From assembly GCA_004022145.1 (NCBI GenBank), contig RCNU01000001.1: a DNA stretch of 64,000 nucleotides; one strand, 5' to 3'. A program made the position numbers and the translations under genes. The first letter of the stretch is position 1; each line of letters opens with the position of its first letter. Below the pieces are notes generated by a model. That model ran no database searches. It saw only the letters and a program-made list of their open reading frames with translations, and was not told where the DNA came from. Of the stretch, positions 11,968 to 24,779 are shown piece after piece. Source of the DNA: Paecilomyces variotii (taxonomy: Eukaryota).

Positions 11968-14132
11968 ATGGAGAAGCAAATGATGGCTGATTCCGGTTGG
12001 ACCAGCAAATCGGAGCGGTCGCGATGGCCCCCATTGACGAGGATGCTCATGTCCGGCGAGCTCAGTGGTGAGCCTCCCAGGGAGCTGACCATGAAGGAGA
12101 AGTTCGACAGGTGGTAAGTCTGGTCGGACCCGTGCCTTTTTAATTGAGCGGAACTGATGAGTAGCACAGGATGATCAACGAAGGATGGAGAAGATTGTAT
12201 GTATATACCGTTCGTGACTAATTACCCGGCGGTGGTTTACTGACCGAACTGAAGTACTGTGTTTCTGTTCATGCTTTCTCATGCCCTGGTGTTTTCGATG
12301 GCATTTTTGAACTACACACTAAAGGTCAGTGGAATAAGACTGCAGTGGGGGAGACTCCATGCTGAAAAGACTTGTAGGACAACTTGAGCGATGCCCGTGC
12401 TACTTATACATGGACATATATGGTTGCAAGATCGGCTGCTTTAGTGCTACACTTCGACGTCTCCCTTATCCTGTTCCGTATGTTACCAAAATCCTCTGGC
12501 CAGAATCGAATTGACATAACGATTACAGCTGTCTGCCGTACTTTAATTTCTCTGCTTCGACAGACGCCTTTGAATGGAATTATCCAATTTGGTAAGTCGA
12601 GCCGGACTGCTGGGTATATGGAATCGCTAACATACAATCTAGACAAGAACATCACCTTCCACAAGCGTAAGTCTCTAGAGATCGACTGCCGCTGACAGTG
12701 AAACTAATTATCCTGTAGTCGTCGCTTGGTCCATTGTCTTTTTCACATGGGTCCACACGATTGCCCACTTGAACAATGCCGCCCAACTTGCTGCTAAAAA
12801 CAACCTGGGTTTCAAGGGATTCCTGCACATAGGCTTTCTCCTCGGACCGACCTGGACGGGATGGATCATGACAGTTGCTCTCATGGCCATGGTGTTCACT
12901 TCTATCGAGAAGCCACGCAGAGCAAACTATGAACGATTCTGGTACACGCACCACCTGTTCATTATTTTCTTCTTCTTCTGGTCGATACACGGCCTCTGGG
13001 GTATGATCCCGACGGACAATAAGCCCTACTTTTTCGGTAACGGTGTCTTCTACCTGTACTTCATTTGGGGTGGTGCTATCTATCTACTCGAGCGTCTGAT
13101 GAGAGAGATCCGCGGCCGTCACAAGACCTTTATTTCCAAGGTTATCCAGCATCCGAGCAAGGTTGTGGAGATCCAGATCAAGAAAGAAAAGACGAAGACC
13201 AGAGCGGGACAGGTAGGTGTCTCTGAGTTTTTGGTATGTCGAGTGCAAAACTGACTTGCTGTAGTATATTTGGATCTGTTGCCCCGAGATATCGATCTGG
13301 CAATACCATCCGTTCACCTTGACCAGTGCTCCCGAGGAAGACTATATTTCGGTTCACATCCGTGTTGTCGGGAACTTCACTACGGCCCTTGCCAAAGCTC
13401 TTGGCTGCGATTTCGACAAACCCAAGGACACCAAGGGCAACTCGGCCGTTGTGTCCGTCGACAAGTCCACCAGTGGTGGAGACATTGACCCTTCGATCCG
13501 AAAAGTGCTGCCCCGTATCTACGTCGATGGTCCGTTTGGGAGTGCATCGGAAGATGTATTCAAGTATGAGGTTGCCCTCCTGGTGGGAGCTGGTATTGGT
13601 GTCACTCCCTTTGCATCCATTCTGAAGAGTATATGGTACCGGATGAACTTCCCCCAGCAACGAACTCGCCTCCGCAAGGTGTACTTCTTCTGGGTCTGCC
13701 GTGACTTCGGGTCCTTGGAGTGGTTCCGTTCGCTGCTGTCTGCTATTGAAGCGCAGGATCTTGAGAACCGCATTGAGATTCACACTGTAAGGCTAACCCT
13801 TCACCGTCCTTCAAAAATAGGAACCCACGGATTGAATTACTGATGATTGTCTACAGTACCTAACCGCCAAGATCCAAGCGGGCGACGCAACCAACATCAT
13901 GATCAACGACGCCAACGCCGACCAGGACGCCATCACCGGCTTACGGTCCCCGACCAACTTCGGCCGTCCCAACTGGGACATGGTCTTCCGCGGTATCCGC
14001 AAGATTCACGCCCCCGCCGAAGCAGGTGTTTTCTTCTGTGGTCCCAAGGGTCTGGGCAGTCAACTGCACATCAAATGTAACATGTATTCCGAGCCCGGCT
14101 TCAGTTTCGTCTGGGGTAAGGAGAATTTCTAA
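11968..14132 (+). CDS. noxB: NADPH oxidase, NoxB/Nox2 subfamily (gp91phox-like), 9 exons
   Basis: N-terminal extension SERSRWPPLTRMLMSGE..EKFDRWMINEGWRR is typical of NoxB. Heme His pairs (NITFHK..HTIAH, WYTHHLF..SIHG), FAD motif YHPFTLTSAP and NADPH motif GAGIGVTPF are present. C-terminus DAITGLRSPTNFGRPNW..VFFCGPKGLG..GKENF. Confidence 0.92.
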
Positions 14133-15022
14133 GCGATACCCCTGAAGGAGAAGGAGAAGAAGAAAGAAGTCAAGCAAGCAAGCATGTTATTTTTCCTTTC
14201 GTATTCCCACAGCAGGAATGGAAGAACCCTCCCGAGGATTTTACAGATCGAGTCGTGAATCGAAAATTTTCTTTTTGACTTAACAACGTTGCTAGTCATA
14301 TCTATGTATAATCCATGCATGGATTCTCCTTACAGCCTCTGTTTTTTACATTATTACTATTTGTATACAGGATATTTGATAAATATGGAACCAAGTCACT
14401 GGGACACTGTTCGCGTATAACTACAACAAGGTATAATAACATGCAAGTCATAATACCAGAAAATGATATAACTAATCTGATTCCATAAACCCGCTACTTA
14501 CAACCATGTCAGTCCAGCTAATTAGGTTCCGAACCAGGGAATTCAGTTAGTAACTTGCAAACAGCGCTGAATGGACTACGTACAATAGTTAAAAATAACT
14601 GATCGTACCTCGGAATTGACCCCTTGCTTATTCGGTACTAGGTAGTTACAGAGTATGTGAATCAAATTTAATCCTTCTGTTATTATTCCAACAGCCGAAA
14701 TACTACTTAATTCAATAATGCGTCGGAGCCGCGCGAGCGGTGGTTAAGAGTTAACTTTACCTAGGCAAAAAGAAAAACAACCCGCCGCGCGGAGAACCGT
14801 TCATCCATTCCCATTCCCCGCATTTTCTTGTTCCTCCCTTTCCCTTCTTCTTCTTCAACTCTTTATTTTACTAAAGTGAGACTAGACATTGATACTAATA
14901 CTATATAAGTATCACTGTCTGTCTGTCTACGGTCTGGTTTTTCGATTTTTATTTTTTATACATCTTCCAAGGGTTGGAGATTACTTGTTTTTTTTTTTTT
15001 TTTTTCGGTTTATTATTCCTCA

Positions 15023-16577
15023 ATGATTAACCGATCCGCTTTCCGCGCCGCGACGCGGCAGATTCGGGCTTCTGTCCGGCCGTCCGTGACGAGACGACAG
15101 GCCTCGTCGTCGTCGGCGACGTTCGATTGGGAGGATCCCCTTGCTGCGAAGGAATTGTATACAGAGGAGGAATTGGCTATTCAGGATACGGCTAGGCAGT
15201 ATTGTCAGGAGAGGTTGTTTCCGAGGGTTCTAGGTGGGTTATTATTATTGATGAGATGTTGTCTTGGGGGAGTTTGGTCGACTATACGGAATCCACGGGA
15301 TGGATGGATGGATGGATGGAGTGACTGTGACTGTGACTGTGACTGTGACTGTGACTGTGACTGACTGATTATGTGCCGTTGAATGTAGAGGCCTACCGTA
15401 ATGAGAACTACGACCGCAAGATCCTGGAGGAGATGGGGGAGCTGGGACTCCTGGGAGCGTCTATTGAGGGCTATGGTTGTGCTGGAGTCAGCACTGTCGC
15501 GTCTGGACTGATCACTAAGGAAGTTGAGCGCGTGGATTCCGGGTTCCGGTCGGGAATGTCGGTGCAGAGCTCTCTCGCGATGACGGGTATCTACGAGTTT
15601 GGATCGCAGGAGCAGAAGGACAAGTTCCTGCCGGGGCTTGCTAAGGGTAAGATCCTGGGCTGCTTTGGTCTGACGGAGCCGAATCATGGGTCGGATCCAG
15701 GCTCTATGGAGTCTGTCGCCAGAGAACATCCCACTAAGAAGGGGTACTACTCGCTTTCTGGAACGAAGACGTGGATCACCAACTCCCCCATCTCCGATGT
15801 GCTTCTGGTGTGGGCGCGACTGGAGAGCACCGGCAAGATCCGCGGGTTCCTGATCGAGCGGGACCAGTGTCCTCCTGGCACTCTCGAGACTCCAGCGATC
15901 AAGAACAAGACGGCTCTGCGGGCATCGATCACGGGGATGATCCAGATGGACGACTGCCCCGTGCCGGCGGAGAACATGCTCCCCAACATCGAAGGTCTCA
16001 AGGGGCCCTTTACGTGTCTCAGCAGCGCCCGTTTGGGTATCGCTTTCGGCACCATGGGCGCGCTGGAGGACTGTCTTGCGCGTGCGCGGACGTATGCCCT
16101 GGAAAGGAAGCAGTTCAAGGGCAACCCTCTGGCCAAGTACCAGCTGATCCAGAAGAAGCTGGCCGATGCGGCCACGGATGCCGCCTATGGTACTCTGGCA
16201 GCGACGCAGGTGGCCCGGCTGAAGGATGAGGGCAAGGCAGTGCCAGAGATGATCTCGATGGTCAAGCGACAGAACTGTGACCGGGCGCTGGTGAATGCTC
16301 GAGTGTAGGTGTCCCTGCGATTAGGAAGGTTTCTGGTGAGATGCTGACGGGTGCGACTTTAGGCTCCAGGAGATCTTTGGCGGTAACGCCGCAAGTGACG
16401 AGTACCATATTGGACGACACGTCGCCAATCTGTTCGTAGCCCAAACATATGAGGGACAGAGTGATATCCACTGTAAGTAATACCTTGTTGCTTTTGTTTT
16501 TGTCTCGAATGATGACTGATTCGATGACAGCTCTGATCCTTGGTCGGGCCATCACGGGCGTTCAGGCATTTGTCTAA
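15023..16577 (+). CDS. Glutaryl-CoA dehydrogenase (mitochondrial acyl-CoA dehydrogenase), 4 exons
   Basis: Arg/Ser-rich presequence. Motifs [61 protein letters not shown] and [14 protein letters not shown]. Confidence 0.93.
15298..15362 (+). repeat. Compound microsatellite (GGAT)5 + (GTGACT)7 inside intron 1 of glutaryl-CoA dehydrogenase
   Basis: Directly visible tandem repeats at 15298-15320 and 15321-15362, within intron 15234-15388. Confidence 0.95.
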
Positions 16578-17544
16578 GGGACCCTGTCCATGTAACATAT
16601 GCATCGATTATGGAAAAAAGAAAATGGAGACCTCTGGCTTTCTTTATCGTCTCAGAGCATCGGATTAGGGTCATCGTCCTTGCAGAAAGCACCACTGTTC
16701 GGTTCATCATCATGTCACGTGCTCCACATTGCACCGTGAAAAAAAGGTTTTTCTGAGGGTTTTCGCGCTCATAACACTGTTTTTCAGGGACCGTAAGCAT
16801 GTAAGCATGTAATCAAATGTAGACAAATGTAGATAACGCACATCTCGATCCCCCGTGTTCTCCTGGCAGGCCAAGTAGAGTACAGGAAGTACTAAGTAGT
16901 ACCCTGGGACAGCGGGACGATACGGGAATTCGACTCGGGCACTTTGTTCGGGACCCGCCACCATTTAGGTCATCCACCGTCAGCCACGGAGCAGAGGTTA
17001 ATAATAAGCCAAGTCAGTTATTAATATTCACTACCATCAGTGGGAGTGGCAAGAAAAAGCAGTCAGTATTCAGTTAATAACCGGTGCTGGTGGATCGAAA
17101 CAAAGTTGGACGCACTCGGATTCGGTCTGGTACCGAGTGGTGATGCAGCGACGAGGCATCGCGAGAGGATGAACAAGACAACTATTAGATCGTCTCAAGA
17201 ATAATAAATAATAAATAATAATTAGTTAATAGTTCATTAACTATCATAGCATCGCTGATTGATGATGTAGTTAGTGAACTAAGTAGTAGTAGCAACTAGT
17301 AATAATAATACCGTGGCTCCAGTGCGCCAGGAGTGACTCTGAGTGACTCTCAGGGCAGCCAGAGAGAACCAGAAGCCAAACCTGCGCTCCCCCACCACCT
17401 CGTCCGTCCTCTTCCTCTTTTCTCTCCCTTTCTCTTCCCCTCCTCCATCAATCCCATCAAACCCCCATCCATCAACCATCTCCCTTTCGCACGCCTTTCG
17501 CGAGTCTCCCTGTCACCTCGACTCTGTTATCACATTTCGCAAAG

Positions 17545-17642
17545 GTGAGCAGTCCTCGTGTCTCCCGTCCCGGCGACTCCCGTCAGGTTCTTTTGCTGGG
17601 AACGTTCCCGACTGACTCCCGCCGCCCGGCGTCTTTTCGCAG
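17545..17642 (+). other. 5'-UTR intron of the Ubc4-type gene
   Basis: AAG|GTGAGC donor, ACTGAC branch site and TTTTCGCAG acceptor about 110 nt upstream of the ATG. Confidence 0.7.
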
Positions 17643-17753
17643 AGCCACCAGAACTCAACCTTTTTCGAGACGACCACGTCTTAAAACACTTCTCGAGGGA
17701 TCGTTACGACTCCTGAACTCAACCACTACAACACATCTTCACACATCGTCGCC

Positions 17754-18690
<937 letters not shown>

Positions 18691-20057
18691 TGAACGCTGC
18701 ATCCACCACACGACCGCCGAAGCCTTTCCACCGGGCCTCCGCATCTCCTGTTACGCCATTAGATCGGATCTGAAGATTGGCCTACCGTGGTCGTGGGGGT
18801 TCTTTTGCTCATTTTCTACGTGAACTTTTTGCGTGTTTAACCTCGATTGGCGGTACCTTTTTTATCAATAGTCATCATGACCAATTCTCTTTTATCATGC
18901 ATGCAATGGCATCTATCTGGCAATGAATTCGGACGGACGAACGGATGGATAGACGGCCCTAGTTGGTCGGGATGGCGAACGCGGGCGAACGACGGTTGTT
19001 GGTGCTTGGATGGTCGCAAGGGCCCTCGTCTCTGGCGACCTTGGATCGCTGCAGTGATGGGCCGGCGTAGCCCCGGGACATCAAGGCAACGGGAAAGGGA
19101 AATTGGGGAACCAGCGGAACTCTTTAAATTACCTTTGTCGATAGCGAAACGAAGACCAAAACCAATAATCTTCCGGATCCCAAGACGCTGCAGAGCGAAC
19201 GACCTTTTCTTCCTGCGATCAGTCCTTTAATTTGATTCAAGTAACGCTTCTCTAGAACATATCTTGATAGTCATTGCTGTAATTATGGATAGTCAAGTTG
19301 GACCCGGACTTTCTCGCTGTTTTGTGGTATTGGAAGCGTCGTAGCGTTCACCTGTTAGGACAGCGGACATATCCAACTGTCTCTATCTGGCTTCGTGGAA
19401 AATTGAGTGAACCAGTAGAGTATTCTTCTCAAGCTGTTTTCTACTCATTATCGAATGTCATCATATTTCGTTCCTTCATACCGCTCTCATATATGTATGT
19501 AAAAGTACATGTTAACCTACCAGGTTAATGTGGTGTGCCCACTGTAGCCAGCTAGCTTTTGTATCAACTCTGAAAAAACATTATACCTATACTGAACTAG
19601 ATAGATCAGGCTATAGGTACTTATTACTTAAGGAAGGAAGAAGAAGCTAACTTAAGTAAACGTACCGATTAAGTGTGTTTCTTTTTTTTTCAGTGTATGT
19701 TTTTGTGAAGTAGATGTTAGATTGAATCTCTACATTCGTAACTTTCCAAGAAGTAGAGTTTCAAAGTAAAAAAAAAAAAAAAATAAAAAAAGATGCAAAA
19801 GAAAAAAAACGCCCCTCCATGAGAACTGCCTGTCCTGTTCCATATATAAAAAAGAAACAAAGGGAAGTTCTTTGCACCTATCATGCATATTCGTTCATGG
19901 CCATGAGATGAGTGGCAGGGTCACTGGTGGTCATATGATAATAACATATAACATCACAACGTCTCAACATCACAACATATCTGATAATAACATAACATAG
20001 CAAAACGTTATGCTGGTTAGTGATTGAACTAACTAACTAACTAACCAGTTCACCCTT

Positions 20058-22015
20058 TCACTCGCGTCTACTACTAGCTTTCGACCTGGTATCGTCCGCC
20101 TTGACAGTCCGCTGAGATGCTCGCGAGACATTCGTCGAGACCTGACTGACACTATCGCTCGGTTTGACGGGCTCATCGAACTTGCTCGAGCGCTTGGAGG
20201 CATGCGAGACGTGCGAGTGGGACTTGGAGCGATGCGAAGCGTGGGAGCGGGTTGTCGAGCGTCGAGAATCGCCGACTTGGCTGATGGAGTCGTCGGGGGT
20301 GACGTGTGAGTCGATGTCGCAAGTGTCGTGATATACGGTACTGGCGCTATCAGGGAGAGGGACGTCCTTTGCGGAGCGGTGGCTTCGGTAGGAAGAGGCG
20401 CTGATGGTAGAGCCCGCGGGGAGGGGGATGTCTTTGGCTGAACGCATGCTCTTTGCGTCGCTGCGGTAGGAGGAGGTGCTCACGGTCGATCGAGCAGGGA
20501 GGGGGATGTCCTTGGCGGAGCGCATGCTCTTCGCGTCGCTTTTGAAAGAGGCGACGCTGCCTTCTGGGAGAGGGACCTCGCGGGCAGTGCGCGTGGAGTA
20601 GGTCGAGCCAGGGCCCTTGGATGATGATTTCACGGATGCAGCGTATTCACGCATGCTGGTGGCAGAAGATTGGTGAGAAGAGGAGGAGGAGCGGGAGGAA
20701 TAGTGCGAGGCGCTGTCGTCAGCAGAGGCTCTGCGAGTAGGCTTGATGGTCGAGGAGGAGCAGACGCTTCCGTTATCACCGCCGTGGAAGGACTTGTCGA
20801 CGAAGCTGCTGATGAAAGAGCTGGCGGTTCCGGGGACAGACGATCTTCGATCTCCCTGCGGTGGGAAGTCAATTGCTCGAATGGGCAGTTCTTTGGTTGC
20901 GTAGACGCTGCCATTGGCCGTTCGTTGGATGCCTGATTGCTCCGAGTACACGCTCTCTGCACGGTCGTCGACGGGGTAATATTCAGAGCCTTCGTAAATG
21001 GTGCTGGCTCGTGCGATCTTGGATGGAGCTTTAGACGGAGCTTTGCTGCGGGAGTACACCGTAGATGCGTCCTCGTCAGAATAGAAGCTATGAGCTGGGC
21101 CAGCCTCAATCGCTCGCGTGCCCTGGTACTCTGACGCTCGGGATTGAGCAGGTGCAGGAGCTGGGGCAGCGGAGATGGTGTATTGCGGTTCTGGCATGGA
21201 TGGAGACGAGCTCGTCGCCTCTCTGGTGATGGCATATGCAATGGCCGCACCGGCGGTGGCTCCAAGAAGGGTGCCGATGATGGTTTTGGCCGTCTTGCTG
21301 CCATCATCTGATTTCTGCTGTTGGGGCTGATATGCTTGCTGCGGCTGGTACATCGAGTACGAGACGGTTGACGGTGCCGCTCGATCAATGTCCACGACAG
21401 ACTGAGCAGGAGGCGCGGTCAGCTTGTTGAAGTCCGACCTGCTAGAAGAATAGACGCTTTCTGATCTGGTCGACTTTGCTCTGGACACGACGGAGCCGCC
21501 GTTGACGACTGATCCGCCCTTGACAACAGTCAAGGCCCGTCCACCAGCTGCCGACCTACTCGACGAGCAGCCGGGCCGGTAGACAGCCTCGATGCTGTTA
21601 CCGTCAAAGTCAATCACGGCCGCGCTGAAGTAGCCAGAGTCCGCATCGCGCACTTTCGGCTCCCCGTGGATCTTACCACCGGCCTTGAGCGCCTGGATGA
21701 AGAATGAACCCACGGCATCCTTTGAGGGAGCGGGGAAAGCGACATGTGCTGCGCCAGCGGGAACGCTATGAGCACAGTATTAGCTGCTGTTTCTGGAACA
21801 TAAGAAAATATGGAAGCGTGTAGGTATGGGTCGACTCACCCAGGCTTCTCCTCAGTGATCCAGAAGTCGGCGGGTTCCCCGGGCTGGGATCCGAAGCCAA
21901 TGTAGTCTTCATGACGGCCGATGAAATGGTATCCCAGCGGCTGCAGGCAAGAGAGGAAGAAGGAGGTTGACTGCGGGAGTTGTGACACGGTCAAGGTGAG
22001 ATGTGAGAGAGGCAT
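20058..22015 (-). CDS. Glyoxalase/bleomycin-resistance (VOC) domain protein with a long Ser-rich disordered C-terminal region, 2 exons
   Basis: Exon 1 reads MPLSHLTLTVSQLPQSTSFFLSCLQPLGYHFIG..DFWITEEKPG. An intron (GTGAGT..TAG) follows, then AAHVAFPAPSKDAVGSFFIQALKAGG..YFSAAVIDFDGNSIEAVY. These carry the His/His/Glu metal-ligand pattern of the VOC fold. Confidence 0.85.
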
Positions 22016-24779
22016 TTTGGCAATAATGAGGGGGGTAGTATGTAATTATCGAGACAGTAGATCCAGGGTAAGCAGTCAATTCCTGCAGCAGGGAGAGAGC
22101 TGACAATTGACTGAACTGAGAGGAAGGAAGGGTAAATGAATGATCTGAATATACAATGGAGAGAGCTTATTAACTCAGAGACGCCCAAGTAGGAGTCAAG
22201 AAAAGCAGGGCTGGTGTTCAGTCCTGTTTGCCAGCTTGTACGCTGGATGCAACAAAGACCCAAAACAGACTTGAACAAGTGAACACAGAATGGTACAGTG
22301 GACAATGTGATTCAATTATGCCTTCTTCAAGAGAACTCTCCAGACGAACAAAGGGCCATCAGGTTATTTAACGACTTGTTCGAGTCACTAAGTATTTCAC
22401 GTCAGACATGAATGCCCCGCAGGCCGAATATCGCGCCAACTTGCAAGGGCCGCAGGATGCTCCCAAAAAGCTCGACTCAGAACCACGGGGCACCAACCGG
22501 GGATTCCAGAAGATGGATTCCCTCTTCTTGGGATGAACCCTATCGGGATCGAGACCCTGAGACCCATCTTTCGTTCTATCTTAAGCCCCCCTTTGTCAGG
22601 GGAATAGACCACAAACCTGACATAGCGAGCGAAGACCGCCGTTGGGACCCCGTCTAGAGAAACAATCGGCAACAGGACAGCCCAGATGGCGGCCCGTGGC
22701 AGCCAGGTCATCGTCCGCGAGAGCACTGCATGATATGATAGGCGGCCTTCCTTCTGGCTGCGGAGTTTCCGTGTGATGCCCTTTTGTCCAGGTTTTGTCA
22801 GGTTCAGTCAATAATAATAATCTTTTAGTCTAGTTATGTACTTACTTCGCCCGGCCGTCTCAGTTTGTGCTCGAACGCGGGGCAGATACCCCTCGATCAT
22901 TCGCGGGCGATACAGCCAAAAAGCAAACAAGATCGGATCAAAGCCCAACAGGAAACACGAGGCAAGATACAGTCAAAGCATGACAAGGCGAGACACAGAA
23001 GGGGAAAAGATGCGGGTAAGCACTGCGCTCATTACAGCGTGGGCGATTGGACGAGGCCGGCGGCGTTACAAGATAGATACAAAGCATTTGCGAGGCAATT
23101 CGACCGATTAGGGTAGGTTTTGTAATGCTGTATGTATCATAGTGCCCTCCACTCCAGGCGAATATCGCGCCAGTTTGGATTCTTTTCTTCGCCCCCTCGA
23201 TACAGCAGAATCGCTCACCAAGACGTTCGGGTCTCCGTTCCTGTTTTGGGCACTTCTGCTGCTGCTGAGAAGCCAGACGGACGTGCTATGTTCTGGCGGT
23301 GCCTGACCGCCAGACCAACTGAATGACTTTGCCCTCGATGGATCATCTTTCTGGATCGTAAGACGGAACAGCCTGACCGACTCACTAGATAGGTAACTTG
23401 GACGGATAGGAAGCGAGGAGGGTCAGTTTTCCGTCCGAGGTGGCTGGGGAGACCGCTCCAAGCGGCATTATTGCATGCTTGAGGAATAATAATAATACCA
23501 TAGAGAGATAATCTACTCTAGGTTAGCAGTAACTTTACAAAAATACCATCGGTCGTACTCTCTGAGAGCTTCGAGGACTCTGAGTAGTGAAGCGAGCAAC
23601 TACTCCACCGCAGTGCTGGAACTCACGCTCGCCACGTCGTTGAAGAGAGCCCCACGAGATTCAAACAACCCACAGATTCGCCTGCATTCACGAAGCCCGG
23701 TTTCAACCTCGAAGTGTAAGAAGAAGACCAACACCTGCAGGGGCGAACAAAGCTGATTTTGCGGCCAGAGAGGACTTGCTCATTCCTGCAAGTGGTCTAA
23801 TAATTACCCCAAGCACGGAACCAAGCACGCATCGATCCGAACACAGTAGGTAGGTGTTCTAGTCTAGAAACAAGATGATCAAGAACTACAGTAGCTAACG
23901 AGTTATCTCTTTTACCCTAAGGCACATTGATGACCTGGCAGACACCTGTAGATGCCGTACAGACGCGCAATCCTCTCAGAGCTCTCCGTGGACTGACACA
24001 CGTCTACCACGCTACCACTGTCCGACGCTTTAATGTCCAGTCTGGTATTCTAATCAGAAGCCATTGGATGGCAGAAGAAGACTAGAGAAAACTAGAAACA
24101 TGTTCGAGAGAGAGAAAAAAAAGCTGCCGAGTCTATTTCTCTTGATGGACAGTCCATCAAATGAGTCAGTCAACCCTCCTAGAGAGGGACACCAAGTAAT
24201 GTGTTCGTGAATGGCTATCTGCATCATATTACAAGAGAACTTTTAGCAGGCTGGAACTGCAGCATTGCCGTCGCCATCTGCGCTCTCCTCCACCTCCTGG
24301 TTATATATATCCTTCGGGAGCGTGGAGCAAGTTGAAGTGCTGCCACAATAAAGCAAGTACGGGTCGTACATGGGTATGAGAAATAAAACAGAAACCCGCC
24401 TTGAGGCTGTTGAACCTGCACGTCTTGTTGTGAAAACTGAACCAGATCCAAGCGAAATCCTCAACGCAACGACATCACCCTCGCATGGGTGCTTCCCGGC
24501 AAGGGGTCCGCACCCGAAAGGCATGGATGTTGTGATCGCAGCCTCCGAATGCAGGCCCTTCCCGCGAATCCGTAATGTCAACAAGCCGTAGAAAACCGTA
24601 GGGACCGCTGATCCGGAAGCTGGTCGCTGAAGCAATCACATACGCTCTTTTTTTGTCATTCTTTTTTTCTTTGGGAAAGCACTTCTGCGCAGGGCCTGTC
24701 GTTAGTGGAAGACGGTGTCAGGGAACTTTTACCTCGTCAAGCGTGCATCTGAACAGTTTTTTTGCGCGGGCGCGGTCCA

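Noticed and set aside
24600..24635. Plus-strand GCTGATCCGGA..CTGG..AGC resembles the P4/P5 region of a TPP riboswitch
   Set aside because: It lacks the UAAU loop and a properly placed UGAGA, it is antisense to NEP1, and there is no thiamine gene nearby.
24520..24645. Possible plus-strand snR35-like H/ACA guide for the Nep1 target uridine (UGUU..GUCAA..AGAAAA)
   Set aside because: Only 4+5 bp of guide pairing, a poor upper stem, and G.U asymmetry that favours structure on the opposite strand.
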